64,000 nucleotides of DNA, taken from the NCBI GenBank assembly GCA_965249725.1, contig CBDFMQ010000002.1, positions 2,848,001 through 2,912,000 of the forward strand. The letters run 5' to 3'. Below are positions 42,856 through 52,852 of the stretch, in pieces. The position numbers and the translations under genes were made by a program. The first letter of the stretch is position 1. Each line of letters opens with the position of its first letter. Source of the DNA: Longimicrobiales bacterium. Lineage in GTDB: Bacteria > Gemmatimonadota > Gemmatimonadetes > Longimicrobiales > Gaopeijiaceae. The notes under the pieces are model-generated. The model made no database searches, was not told the origin of the DNA, and worked only from the letters and a program-made list of their open reading frames with translations.

Positions 42856-43068
42856 CTAGAACACTCCCAGCAGCTTCAGAACTCCCACCACCATCACGAC
42901 GACCCCGCCTATTTGAAAGCCGAGGTGCGCCTTCTCCTCACCGTACCATGCGATAGCGCGTTGCGCCTTCCAATCATAGAGGAAGAAGTCTCGCTTCCAA
43001 GTGGCGCACACGAACAAGTAGAGGCCGACGATGGAGCCGAGTAGGCCGATCCATTGCTCTTCGTTCAC
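42856..43068 (-). CDS. Small 2-TM protein, Imm17-like
   Basis: AGGAGG RBS plus GTG; GLYLFVCATWKRDFF…YGEEKAH…GVVVMVVGV resembles the Imm17 pattern. Confidence 0.6.
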   Translation of the reverse strand: MNEEQWIGLLGSIVGLYLFVCATWKRDFFLYDWKAQRAIAWYGEEKAHLGFQIGGVVVMVVGVLKLLGVF

Positions 43069-43244
43069 GGGTGCCTCCTTGGGGGATTGCGCGCAAGATG
43101 CTCCCAAGGCGCAACGGGCGGCAAGTCCATGCAACCCGCACATCCGGCCCTTTCTTGCTCCTCCGCCCCTCCCGCCGTACCGTCTCCCATCGCCCCAGGC
43201 CGGGGACGATCAACCTGTTGGATCCCTGCATGGAGGTATGGTCG

Positions 43245-44282
43245 ATGAGGCGCTTGAATCGGGCTGGACTACTTCTTGGAACCGTGGCCGCCACCGCGAT
43301 CATGGCGACCGGCACGGGCCTCCTGGCCCAATCGGTGACCACAAATCCGTTCCGACCCACCTACGGGTGGGGCGAGTTGCCCGAGGGCCGGTCGTATGGC
43401 TCGACGAGTTCCGTCGAGATCGCCCTCGACGGCAACATCTGGGTCGCCGAGCGCTGCGGCAGCAACTCCTGTGTGGGCTCGGACGTCGACCCGGTCCTCC
43501 TCTACGACAAGGAGGGGAACCTCCTCCGCAGCTTCGGTGCCGGGCTGATCGCTTGGCCCCATGGCATCGACGTGGATCATGAGGGCAACGTCTGGATTGC
43601 CGACGCGTGGGCACGCGGAGCGACTGAGACGGGCCATGCGGTCCTCAAGTTCTCTCCCGAGGGTGAGCTCCTGATGACCATCGGTACACCCGGCGTTCGG
43701 GGAGACCCACCCGATCACCTCACCATGCCGTCTGATGTCCTCGTCGCACCCAACGGTCAGATTTACGTGGTGGACGCCCATGACCGGACGGTGGGTCGGG
43801 TCGTTCGATACGCGGCGGACGGGACCTACATGGAGACGTGGGGAGAGCTAGGGTACGGCCCCAAGCAGTTCCGTGACCCCCACGCCCTCGCAATGGACTC
43901 CCAGGGCCGGATTTTCGTGGGCGACCGCTACAACAACCGCATCCAGCTCTTCTCTCAGGAGGGCGAGTTCCTGGCAATCTGGACGCAGTTCGGCCGGCCC
44001 AGCGGCATCTACATCGACGAGAACGACATCATCTACGTCGCCGACTCGGAGTCGAGTCCCGCTCCGAACGAGTTCACGGGGCAGCGTAACGCGGGTTGGG
44101 AAAAGGGCATCCGCATCGGCGACGCCAAGACCGGCTGGGTAAGCCACTTCCTCCCGGACGATCGAGCCAACGTCAACGGCTTCAGCGGGCCCGAGGGCGT
44201 GGCGGCGGACAGCGAGGGGAACGTCTACGGAGCCGAGGTCTCACAGCGGCGCATCACGAAGTGGGTGCGCTTCCGGCGTTAG
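43245..44282 (+). CDS. NHL-repeat (peptidyl-alpha-hydroxyglycine lyase-like) secreted protein
   Basis: PHGIDVDHEGNVWIAD, PHALAMDSQGRIFVGDR.NNRIQ, RPSGIYID. Confidence 0.88.
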   Translation: MRRLNRAGLLLGTVAATAIMATGTGLLAQSVTTNPFRPTYGWGELPEGRSYGSTSSVEIALDGNIWVAERCGSNSCVGSDVDPVLLYDKEGNLLRSFGAGLIAWPHGIDVDHEGNVWIADAWARGATETGHAVLKFSPEGELLMTIGTPGVRGDPPDHLTMPSDVLVAPNGQIYVVDAHDRTVGRVVRYAADGTYMETWGELGYGPKQFRDPHALAMDSQGRIFVGDRYNNRIQLFSQEGEFLAIWTQFGRPSGIYIDENDIIYVADSESSPAPNEFTGQRNAGWEKGIRIGDAKTGWVSHFLPDDRANVNGFSGPEGVAADSEGNVYGAEVSQRRITKWVRFRR

Positions 44283-44312
44283 GCTTCCGGGCACTGCTGT
44301 AGGGGGTCGGCC

Positions 44313-44714
44313 TCAGGCGTAGCCGAGCACGGCCAGGTCCGGCACGCGCGCGAAGTGTCGTTCGTTCCGTGTCACTACGGGTAGCTCAAAGGCTAGAGCC
44401 GTGGCCGCGATCCAGAGGTCGTTGGCGTCGATCAGCATCCCGTTCGCCTTCAGGTACCGATAGAGACGACCGTAGCGCCACGTGACCTCGGGGGTGCAGG
44501 CGAGTACCTCGAAGGGAGAGATCAGACGGTCCCACACGGACCGCTCGTTCATCCGGGGTCCGGCCGCCAACTCACCTGCGATCGTGAAGGTTATGTGGAG
44601 CTGGTGGGTCTCGTGCGAATCGAGGAAGAGCTGTGCGGGCCCGGCCTCACCGAGGATCAATTCGCGCTCGAGGTCGACCAGGAAGCTGGTCTCCAGAATC
44701 AGGGCGTCGACCAC
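44313..44714 (-). CDS. PIN-domain (VapC) toxin
   Basis: LILETSFLVD, GELAAG, NDLWIAATAL, VTRNERHF. Confidence 0.88.
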   Translation of the reverse strand: MVDALILETSFLVDLERELILGEAGPAQLFLDSHETHQLHITFTIAGELAAGPRMNERSVWDRLISPFEVLACTPEVTWRYGRLYRYLKANGMLIDANDLWIAATALAFELPVVTRNERHFARVPDLAVLGYA

Positions 44715-44947
44715 TTGTCCGCCGGCACTCGCGGTTCCGACTTCATCTGGTCGACCAGGTCGAGCTCGTCGCAATCGTACAACGGGCCGCGCTCCCGAAC
44801 CAAGGCGAGAAGCTCACCTCCCGTCACAGTCTGATCGTCCCATCTAGCCCTCATGACGACATCGCTGAATGACTCACTCGAGTGTGTTCTAGCACGCCTG
44901 AGCTTCTCGTATGCCTCCACGCGGAGTGATATGGTCTTGGTTGCCAT
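44699..44947 (-). CDS. VapB-like antitoxin
   Basis: MATKTISLRVEAYEKLRRAR…ESFSDVV.R. Confidence 0.85.
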   Translation of the reverse strand: MATKTISLRVEAYEKLRRARTHSSESFSDVVMRARWDDQTVTGGELLALVRERGPLYDCDELDLVDQMKSEPRVPADKWSTP

Positions 44948-44977
44948 GATACACAGAATGTGTGTGTACTGTGTATC
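44948..44977. promoter_or_regulatory. Putative VapB operator
   Basis: Perfect inverted repeat GATACACAG-N12-CTGTGTATC abutting the start codon. Confidence 0.7.
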
Positions 44978-45127
44978 CGAGTCAAGAGTTCGAAGTGGCG
45001 CCAAGTCATCGCCCGCCCTTGCCCTGACCCCAACAGCGTGATACGCGTCAAGGCGTTCACGCTGGGGAGTGGCTCGTAAAGGAGGCACCCCTCACACTAG
45101 AGCCGCCACCTTCACGGTGAGGTCGAC

Positions 45128-46414
45128 ATGCGACGAGCCGACAACGAATCACGCCGCTCAGCGGCGACGTCCGCGCTGCTTTTCCTGGGCGCCGTGCTCG
45201 CGGCGGGTTGCGCCGGCCCAGACGGCGGCGCGGGGCCCGGCGCAACCGTGTTCGAGGGCGCTCGTGTGATCGTGGGGGATGGAAGCGCCGCGATCGAGGG
45301 CGCCGTGTTCGTGGTCGAGGGCGACCGCATCACACAGGTGGGGCGCAGGGCGGACGTGGAGGTCCCGAGCGGGGCTGCCCGGGTCGACCTGACCGGGAAG
45401 ACAGTCATGCCGGCGATCGTGAACGCCCACCTCCACCTCGCGACCATCCGTGACGAGCGCGTCGATCAGCTTCAGCACATGGCCTACTACGGGGCAGGCG
45501 TCGTTGTAAGCCTGGGACATGACGACAACGACGTGGGCTTCGAGATGCGGGGTGAATCCGTACCCGACGGTGCGAGATCTCTCACCGCGGGTCGGGGGAT
45601 CACCCGGCCCGAGCCCGGCCGATCCGAGGCCGCTTACTGGATCGACAGCGAGGCCGAGGCGCGAACCGCCGTGCAGAAGCTGGCGGCCCGGGAGGTGGAC
45701 ATCGTCAAGATCTGGGTCGACGATCGCAACGGCCGTTACGAGAAGCTGACACCCGATCTCTACGAGGCTGTCATCGACGAGGCCCACGAGAACGGGCTGC
45801 ACGTCACCGCCCACGTGTACACACTGGAGGACGCCAAAGGGCTGCTCCGAGCGGGCCTCGACGTGTTCGCGCACGGCGTCCGCGACCTCGATGCCGACGA
45901 CGAGCTCATGGCGCTCTGGGGTGAGCGCCCGGAGGTGGTCCTGGTCCCCAACCTGCCCGATCCCGGGGTGGCCGTGGACCTGGGATGGCTGAGCGGAACG
46001 GTCCCCGCGGACCGCCTGCAGGAGATGCAGGACGCCTCGACCGATCGGCCCGCTGTCCAGGAGGCCTTCGGCATCCAGGCCCGGAATCTGGCGCGGTTCA
46101 ACGAGGCGGGAGTCAGGATCGCGTTCGGAACGGACGGGAGCACACCCTGGGCCCCGCACCTCGAGATGGAGGACATGGTCAGGTCCGGAATGTCCCCGGC
46201 CGAGGTCATCGTGGCGGCCACCAGCGCCTCGGCCGAACTGATGGAGATTCCGGACGCCGGCAGCGTGGCGGTGGGCATGAGCGCTGACTTCATCGTCCTG
46301 GACGCGAACCCGCTCGAAGACATCACCAACACCAGGCGGATCTCGGCGGTCTATCTGCGCGGTACGGCCATCGACCGAGAAGCGCTGAGTGCACGGTGGA
46401 CGGGGACGCCCTAG
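45128..46414 (+). CDS. Amidohydrolase family lipoprotein
   Basis: LAAGC lipobox; NAHLH, VKIW, TAH, AFGTD, ADFIVLDANPLEDI. Confidence 0.9.
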   Translation: MRRADNESRRSAATSALLFLGAVLAAGCAGPDGGAGPGATVFEGARVIVGDGSAAIEGAVFVVEGDRITQVGRRADVEVPSGAARVDLTGKTVMPAIVNAHLHLATIRDERVDQLQHMAYYGAGVVVSLGHDDNDVGFEMRGESVPDGARSLTAGRGITRPEPGRSEAAYWIDSEAEARTAVQKLAAREVDIVKIWVDDRNGRYEKLTPDLYEAVIDEAHENGLHVTAHVYTLEDAKGLLRAGLDVFAHGVRDLDADDELMALWGERPEVVLVPNLPDPGVAVDLGWLSGTVPADRLQEMQDASTDRPAVQEAFGIQARNLARFNEAGVRIAFGTDGSTPWAPHLEMEDMVRSGMSPAEVIVAATSASAELMEIPDAGSVAVGMSADFIVLDANPLEDITNTRRISAVYLRGTAIDREALSARWTGTP

Positions 46415-46428
46415 TCCGAACGCGGGCC

Positions 46429-47142
46429 TCAACTCGGGTTGGAGGGCTCCGCGGGGTCCTCGGAGCCCGGACCGATCAGCTCCAGCGCGCGCGAGGCGAT
46501 GCGGGTCATCTGCTGCTCGCGCTCCCATGCCCATTGGGGTAGGCGCACTCGATTGGCGACCAGCGCGCCCCCGCCCAGAACGGCGATGATGGAGGTAATG
46601 ACCAGCTCGTCGAGCTGGGCGCCACCCAGGACGACCCCCATCATCATGAACAGTCCTACCACGACTCCGACGATCCCCATCATGTGCATCGGCCTCGCGT
46701 CGCCCTTTACGGTGCCCATGCGGAGGCGGTATCCGGCCTCCGTAGGCTCGACATAGGCGTGGAGATTGCCGTTGACCCAGTGACGAGACCCTGTCGTGGA
46801 TTCGACCTTGCCCCTAGCGTGGAACGTCTCCCTCAACTCGGCGACGAGCATCTCCCATTCCCGATCGGTGGGAGCGCGGGGTAGGTCGACGGTTCGGCTC
46901 ACCGCAACAGGCATCCCCAGGAAGGTCCGGTAAGGAGGTATGTCACGCCGTACCTCTAGCGCCGACGCGGCATCCGCGATCCGGTCCGGCGCCAGCCCGA
47001 CCTCGTTTCCGATCTCCTGCAGCTCTGCGAGGGTGAAGCCCTCCGCTGCGGAAGGGGCGGTCTGCCCCGACTCCGGAGCCGCCGCTGCAGCCTCGAATAT
47101 CTGCCTGATCTCGTCGTCCTGGTATCGACGATCGTCGGTCAT
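46429..47142 (-). CDS. Hypothetical membrane protein
   Basis: RRY.DDE…IF..A, FTLAELQEIG.EVGL; two C-terminal TMs. Confidence 0.7.
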   Translation of the reverse strand: MTDDRRYQDDEIRQIFEAAAAAPESGQTAPSAAEGFTLAELQEIGNEVGLAPDRIADAASALEVRRDIPPYRTFLGMPVAVSRTVDLPRAPTDREWEMLVAELRETFHARGKVESTTGSRHWVNGNLHAYVEPTEAGYRLRMGTVKGDARPMHMMGIVGVVVGLFMMMGVVLGGAQLDELVITSIIAVLGGGALVANRVRLPQWAWEREQQMTRIASRALELIGPGSEDPAEPSNPS

Positions 47143-47459
47143 AGCTCGCTCACGAGAGGGATCCCAAATATGAATACGGCGATCGGTCGCCGCTTCGTCA
47201 ATGCCAAGATGGCAGGCCCTCCGGGAGGCGATCGCCAGCAACATGCCCGTTGGTGCATCAAGAATGAACAAATGCGCTGTATCCGTGTATCAGTCCCGCT
47301 ACGGTCGGCTACACCGGAAGATTTCGCCCCCGCAGCCGAGCCCACTCCGCTCCAATACAGCCGACGGACCTTTGTCACAGCACCAAGGAGCCAGTCATTA
47401 CCAGTAAGCTAGCCGAAACACCGACACGTTCAGGTAACGCGGTCCCAGACTCCCAGGAA

Positions 47460-48056
47460 ATGGGTCAGGTCGCCCGCGATTTAGCAACGCTCGCCTTCGC
47501 CCGCATGCAGCAGGACGGTGAACTGCTGATCAGGCAGCAGGAGCAGCTCCGAAGAGCCCTCGCCGCCTCGGGCAGATCGCTCGGTTGGGCCGGCAGAGCC
47601 GCTCATAACGCTGAGTGGGAAGCCGACGTCAACAAGGATGTGCTGAGAATCGCCAGAAACGGCGCCCGCTCGCTGCTACGCGAGCTGGCCACGCGGGAGA
47701 CCACGAAGAAGAATGAACTGAAGACTCTCAAGAAGGTGGCCGCGGCAATCACGAAGATGGCGGAAGACCCTGACGCAGAGTATCCGATCGAACTCACCTA
47801 CCTACATACGGCGCGCGACAGCGTCCGCGACCTGGTCACGAAGACCGAGGAGCGCATCGTAAACGACGGAGAGGAAGCGATGGCCGTCGTCCGGAACATC
47901 GAAAAGAACTCGGCGCGGTGGGAGACGCTCAGGGATGAGATGATCATCGAGCTCAAGGAGAGGCAGAAAGAAGTAGGCGCCATGAAGCGCAACCTGTCTA
48001 GCTTCGTGCAGTCGTTGCAGCCTCTGCTGAGGGAAGTGCTCGTCACGCTCCACTAG
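47460..48056 (+). CDS. Hypothetical helical/coiled-coil protein
   Basis: 198-aa ORF with protein-like composition; no recognised motif. Confidence 0.65.
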   Translation: MGQVARDLATLAFARMQQDGELLIRQQEQLRRALAASGRSLGWAGRAAHNAEWEADVNKDVLRIARNGARSLLRELATRETTKKNELKTLKKVAAAITKMAEDPDAEYPIELTYLHTARDSVRDLVTKTEERIVNDGEEAMAVVRNIEKNSARWETLRDEMIIELKERQKEVGAMKRNLSSFVQSLQPLLREVLVTLH

Positions 48057-48138
48057 CGGACACCCGCTGGTTCCGGTTGCCCGGCTCTGGGACCGTCAAT
48101 AACCTGGCTGCGTACCCAACGAGCCAGGAGTCTCAGAT

Positions 48139-49452
48139 ATGTCATCGACGGTATCTCGACCGACCCCCACGCCAGCCGTAACCCGACGCCAGTTCCTCGG
48201 CACGGGCACCGCAGCTGGATTGAGCGCACTGGCGACGACCGGATGCGCGAGCCCGGAGACCCAGGCTTCCTCCGCGCTGGGATACGGGGGCCATGCGAAC
48301 ACGGTCGCGGACCTCGAAGACAACATCTACACCCGGCTGCTCGGGGTACGTCCCCACATCGGTGCGCATGAGCACATCACCACCATGGGTGGCTCTCGCA
48401 TGCCCCCCGAGGTGCTCGAGGCCATGGTGGAGGCGAACGAGTACTTCGTCGACATGCACGAGCTGATCGAGGCCGCCGGGGCGCGTGTGGCCGAGTTGAT
48501 GGGGGCGGAAGCTGCGATCATTACGTCGGGTGGGTCCGCATCGCTGCTCCTGGGATCGGCGGCCTGCCTCACCGGGACCGACACGGACCGGATCGAAGCC
48601 CTTCCGCACGTCACGTGGGACCGCAGGGTCTGCCTGATTCAGGAGCCGCACCGGTTCAGCTACGATCACGCGTACAAAGCCGCGGGCATGACCCGCGTCT
48701 ACGTCGAGTCGAGGGAGGAGTTCATCTCCCGAATCGACGACACCGTGGCCATGATGCCCGCGATCTCCGCGGTCGAGCGAGGATTCCCCATCGCGCCTCC
48801 ACGATCACCACGCCGATCCAACCCGACCCCCGACTCCGTGATTCAGCCCGAGGAGATGATCCGGATCGGCAAGGAGCACGGGGTGCCGGTCATGGTCGAC
48901 ATGGCATCCGACCTGCCCCCATGGGAGAATGTGCACCGGTTCATCGATCTCGGCGCAGACCTCGTGGTCATCAGCGGTGGTAAGGGCATCCTCGGGCCTC
49001 AGTCCACGGGAATCCTGGCGGGCCGGGCCGACCTCATCCGGGCGGCGCGGATGCAGAACGCCCCGAACGACTACATCGGGCGTGGGTTCAAGGTGGGCAA
49101 GGAGGAGATCATCGCGCTCGTCGTTGCGTTGGAACGAGCGGTCACCCTGGATCAGGACGCCGAGATCGCTGGCTGGAACGATCGGGCCCAGTGGGTGGCG
49201 GACCAACTACAGGATATTCCCGGAGTCGACGCCCGGTACGAGATGAACAACGGGGGCTACGCCGACGTGGATCTCACCCTGGACGAATCGGTGGTCGGGA
49301 TGGACGCCCGCGAACTCAAGAGCCGGCTCAAAGAGGGCTCGCCCAGCATCGTCTACGACGGGGCCACCGTCCGGACACGGCAGCTGCGTTCCGGTGAGGA
49401 ACAGTTGGTGGCTCGACGGCTCAGAGAGGTGCTTTCGGGAGCGAGTTCGTAA
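48139..49452 (+). CDS. SelA-like/DgaE-type PLP-dependent enzyme with Tat signal
   Basis: TRRQFL; T.MGGS, GAEAA.ITSG, VD.A, ISGGKGILGPQSTG, GRGFKVGKEEI. Confidence 0.85.
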   Translation: MSSTVSRPTPTPAVTRRQFLGTGTAAGLSALATTGCASPETQASSALGYGGHANTVADLEDNIYTRLLGVRPHIGAHEHITTMGGSRMPPEVLEAMVEANEYFVDMHELIEAAGARVAELMGAEAAIITSGGSASLLLGSAACLTGTDTDRIEALPHVTWDRRVCLIQEPHRFSYDHAYKAAGMTRVYVESREEFISRIDDTVAMMPAISAVERGFPIAPPRSPRRSNPTPDSVIQPEEMIRIGKEHGVPVMVDMASDLPPWENVHRFIDLGADLVVISGGKGILGPQSTGILAGRADLIRAARMQNAPNDYIGRGFKVGKEEIIALVVALERAVTLDQDAEIAGWNDRAQWVADQLQDIPGVDARYEMNNGGYADVDLTLDESVVGMDARELKSRLKEGSPSIVYDGATVRTRQLRSGEEQLVARRLREVLSGASS

Positions 49453-49507
49453 TCCGCCGGTGAGCTCCTGGCTCGTCGGGGCGCCGTCGCTTACGCCTCC
49501 AACACAT

Positions 49508-50632
49508 TCATGGACTGTCGGCGGCATTCTCCGTGGACTGGTCCGCCACGGACGCTTCAAACGCCTCGCGCACACGCCCGACGTAGCGTAGGAACCCCGG
49601 CAGCTGCTCGACCCTCAGTGCCTGCGGGCCGTCACAGAGGGCGACCTCTCTATGCGGGTGAAAGTCGACGAGGACGCTGGACGCTCCGGCGATCACACCC
49701 TGCCCCGCCGCGTGGAACACATCGGGAATCCCGTCCACCGCCTCATCCACTGATCCGACGCTATGCGACGGGTCGACGCACACGGGAAGTCTCGTCTTGC
49801 GGCGCGCGACCGGCACATGGGCGAAGTCCACCAGGTTGCGGTGTGGGTCGCCGAGATGCGTCTTCACCCCCCGCAGGCAAAAGATGATGCGCGGGTTGCC
49901 CTCACTGGCGATGTACTCGCAGGCGTTGAGCGACTCCTCGAGCGTGATACCCATCCCCCTCTTGAAGAGCACGGGAAAGCGTTCCTGCTGGCCGACCACC
50001 TTCAGCAGCTCGAAGTTCTGCGCGTTGCGCGTGCCTACCTGAAGCACCACCCCCGTTGGATCGCCGGCGTCCGCCAAGGCCTCGTTGATCTCGTCGATCT
50101 GGCGCCCGTCCGTCACCTCCATCGCCACCGCCCGCATGCCGTACTGTCCGGCCAGTTCGAAGACATAAGGGAGGCAGTCCTTGCCAAGCCCCTGGAAGTC
50201 GTACGGGTTGGTCCGCGGCTTGTAGGCACCCATTCGGGTGGTGACGAGGCCCTCGCGCTGAAGAGCCGCCATCATGAGCTCCACATGCTCTCTCGTATCA
50301 ACCGCGCACAGGCCCGCGAAGATCGTCAGCTGCTCGTCGCTGAACTGAACCCCGTTGTACTCGAACCCAGCGGTCTCCGTGGCATGGTGTCGTCCGATCA
50401 ACCGATAGCGGGTAGAGACCCGCACCACCCGCAGGACGCCCGGGATCTCCGCGAACTGCTGGGTCGGCACTCCTCTCGTGGGGCCGACCAGGTGGATCTC
50501 GGTGAACGTGTGCCCGGTGCCGCTGTGTGAGTACGGTCGGGTCTCGATGCCTTCGAACCGGTCGGCCACCTGGACCACCGTGCGGACAATGGCCTCTTGG
50601 TCCTCCCAGTCCGGGTGGAGCACGATGATCAT
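49508..50632 (-). CDS. aroF: 3-deoxy-7-phosphoheptulonate (DAHP) synthase, type I-beta
   Basis: FAGLCAVD, GAYKPRT.PYDFQGLG, QVGTRN.QNF.LL, FKRG, VDPSH, CDGPQAL. Confidence 0.9.
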   Translation of the reverse strand: MIIVLHPDWEDQEAIVRTVVQVADRFEGIETRPYSHSGTGHTFTEIHLVGPTRGVPTQQFAEIPGVLRVVRVSTRYRLIGRHHATETAGFEYNGVQFSDEQLTIFAGLCAVDTREHVELMMAALQREGLVTTRMGAYKPRTNPYDFQGLGKDCLPYVFELAGQYGMRAVAMEVTDGRQIDEINEALADAGDPTGVVLQVGTRNAQNFELLKVVGQQERFPVLFKRGMGITLEESLNACEYIASEGNPRIIFCLRGVKTHLGDPHRNLVDFAHVPVARRKTRLPVCVDPSHSVGSVDEAVDGIPDVFHAAGQGVIAGASSVLVDFHPHREVALCDGPQALRVEQLPGFLRYVGRVREAFEASVADQSTENAADSP

Positions 50633-50719
50633 ACGAAGTTCCTGTTACAGGGTTCGGACGGGTAGCGCGTGAAATACGACTAGAGGAAGGTAAGGTGTCT
50701 CCCCGCTCCGTCGAGTGAT

Positions 50720-50878
50720 TTAATCGTGGTACCCAGTTCGCTCGACCGGGTGAAACATGATCTCTATCGGGAGAATCGTCACCGCGGCGAGTATGTTGAA
50801 GAAGTCGTGGACGGTGGCAGCCGCGAATGCCCGCTCGAATTCTGCCGCGCGAGTCACATGCCCGACGGACACGATGGT
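50720..50878 (-). pseudogene. Internal remnant of a Na/Pi cotransporter (NptA/SLC34-like)
   Basis: Manual translation TIVSVGHVTRAAEFERAFAAATVHDFFNILAAVTILPIE…*; RAF..ATVHD.FN is the family signature. Confidence 0.8.
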
Positions 50879-51177
50879 GGGGTGGGTCACGCGGCAACCG
50901 TCATCGGCACTCCGTCACGCTGGGACCGTTCTCAATAGAGGTGTCTGGGCTGTCTTATGACTCTGCTCCGTATCAGATCCGACCGGCGGATCAAGATGTC
51001 GGCCCTGGATGTCACCCGCGAGCACATCGCCCTGCTGGTCCCAGGGGTGAAGGGGCGCCACCGCACCTTGCTCCCGCATTAGTGGTGCGCCATCCTGACT
51101 TCGGATCACGGCCTCGCGTCCATGATTCGGAGTACCGCTCCCGCGCTGTACAACAGGTCACCACCCGGAGGATCTTC

Positions 51178-52797
51178 ATGCGTCGCCCATCAGTGTCCCT
51201 CCTCGCCCTAGTGTCCCTACTGGCCGTCGGACTCATGGTCACCCCGAGGCTATCCGCGCAGGAAGTCGATTCGCGGCTCGAGGACCTCAAGGAAGAGGTC
51301 CTCGAGAAGGTACAGGGCCAGGCCAAGCTCGTTCAGGAGATCGTCGACCACCTGTTCTCCTTCGGTGAACTGGGCATGCAGGAGTTCGAGACACAGCGGT
51401 ATCTCACGGGAATACTCGAGGAGAATGGCTTCGAGATCGAGTTGGGGGTGGCCGGCATGCCTAGCGCCTGGACGGCGCGCTGGGGCTCGGGTAGTCCGGT
51501 AATCGCGTTGGGGTCCGACGTGGACGGGATTCCCCAGTCCAACCAGAAGCCCGGCGTGGGTTACCGCGAGGCCATCCTCTCGATGGCACCGGGACACGGG
51601 GAGGGCCACAACTCCGGCCAGGCCGTGAACATCGTCGCGGCGTTGGCCGTGAAGGAGATCATGGAGCGGGAGGGCATCTCGGGTACGCTCCTGATCTGGC
51701 CGGGCATCGCTGAGGAGCAGTTGGGCTCGAAGGCCTACTTCGTGAGGGACGGCGTGTTCGACGGAGTGGACGTCAACCTCTTCACGCACGTGAGTTCGAG
51801 CTTCGGCATGACCTGGGGACAGAGCGGGGGCAACGCGCTGATCTCCGCTCAGTTCAGCTTCACGGGCGCGACCGCCCACTCGGCCGGTTCGCCCTGGCGA
51901 GGTCGCTCCGCGCTCGACGCGGTCATGCTGATGGCGCAGGCGTGGGAGTTCAAGCGCGAGCACCTCCGTCCAGCCGCGCGCTCGCACTACATCATCGTCG
52001 AGGGTTGCGATCAGCCGAACGTGGTGCCTCAGCAGGCGAAGATCTGGTTCTACTTCCGAGAGAAGAACTACGAGCTGACCAAGGAGCAGTACGATGCTGC
52101 GATCTTGATGGCCGAGGGCGCGGCACTCATGACCGGTACCGAAATCGACACCATCCAAATCGTGGGATCGGCCTGGAGCCGCCACTTCAGCAAGCCAGTG
52201 GCGGAGGCTACCTACGCGAACATTCAGCGAGTCGGGCTGCCCGAATGGGACGAATCAGACGCCCAACTGGCGAACGCGCTACAGACCGAGTTGGGAGTGG
52301 AGGTCCGAGGGCTCCCCGATTCGATCGGCGAGCTCCGAGGTCCGGTCGATCTCTCCCAATCGCTGGGCGGCGGCTCAGACGACATCGGAGACGTGTCCTG
52401 GAATATGCCTACGGTCACCCTGCGCTACCCCGCCAACATCCCCGGCGGGCCGGGTCACAACTGGGCCAACGGCATCGCCATGGCCACGCCCATCGCCCAC
52501 AAGGGGTCGTTGGCTGGGGCCAAGGTTCAGGCGCTCACGCTGCTGGACCTGATGCTGAATCCGGCGATCGTGACCGATGCTTGGGCCTACTTCAACGACG
52601 TCCAGACCGCGGAGGAGGAGTACATCCCCTTCATCTCGGAAACCGACGAACCGGCCATCTTCCTGAACGAAGACATCATGGCGAGGTGGCGGCCGCTGAT
52701 GCGGGAGTACTACTACGACGCGTCCCGATTCGACACGTACCTGGAGCAGTTGGGCATCGAGTATCCGACGGTGAAGGCGAAGCCGATCACGGAGTGA
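51178..52797 (+). CDS. M20/AbgB-like amidohydrolase
   Basis: ELGMQEFET, GHGEGHN, AEEQ, AHSAG.PW.GRSALDA, GSDDIGDVSW. Confidence 0.9.
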   Translation: MRRPSVSLLALVSLLAVGLMVTPRLSAQEVDSRLEDLKEEVLEKVQGQAKLVQEIVDHLFSFGELGMQEFETQRYLTGILEENGFEIELGVAGMPSAWTARWGSGSPVIALGSDVDGIPQSNQKPGVGYREAILSMAPGHGEGHNSGQAVNIVAALAVKEIMEREGISGTLLIWPGIAEEQLGSKAYFVRDGVFDGVDVNLFTHVSSSFGMTWGQSGGNALISAQFSFTGATAHSAGSPWRGRSALDAVMLMAQAWEFKREHLRPAARSHYIIVEGCDQPNVVPQQAKIWFYFREKNYELTKEQYDAAILMAEGAALMTGTEIDTIQIVGSAWSRHFSKPVAEATYANIQRVGLPEWDESDAQLANALQTELGVEVRGLPDSIGELRGPVDLSQSLGGGSDDIGDVSWNMPTVTLRYPANIPGGPGHNWANGIAMATPIAHKGSLAGAKVQALTLLDLMLNPAIVTDAWAYFNDVQTAEEEYIPFISETDEPAIFLNEDIMARWRPLMREYYYDASRFDTYLEQLGIEYPTVKAKPITE

Positions 52798-52798
52798 G

Positions 52799-52817
52799 CG
52801 CAGGGTAGGACCCTGCG
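52799..52817. terminator. Hairpin between convergent genes
   Basis: CGCAGGGT-AGG-ACCCTGCG; no U-tract. Confidence 0.45.
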
Positions 52818-52852
52818 GCGAGAGCGCGGACGCTCACCGACGGCGAGATCGG

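Noticed and set aside
48139..49452. True selenocysteine synthase selA
   Set aside because: The Tat signal and DgaE-like motifs, with no selB/selC/selD nearby, point to a SelA-like paralogue.
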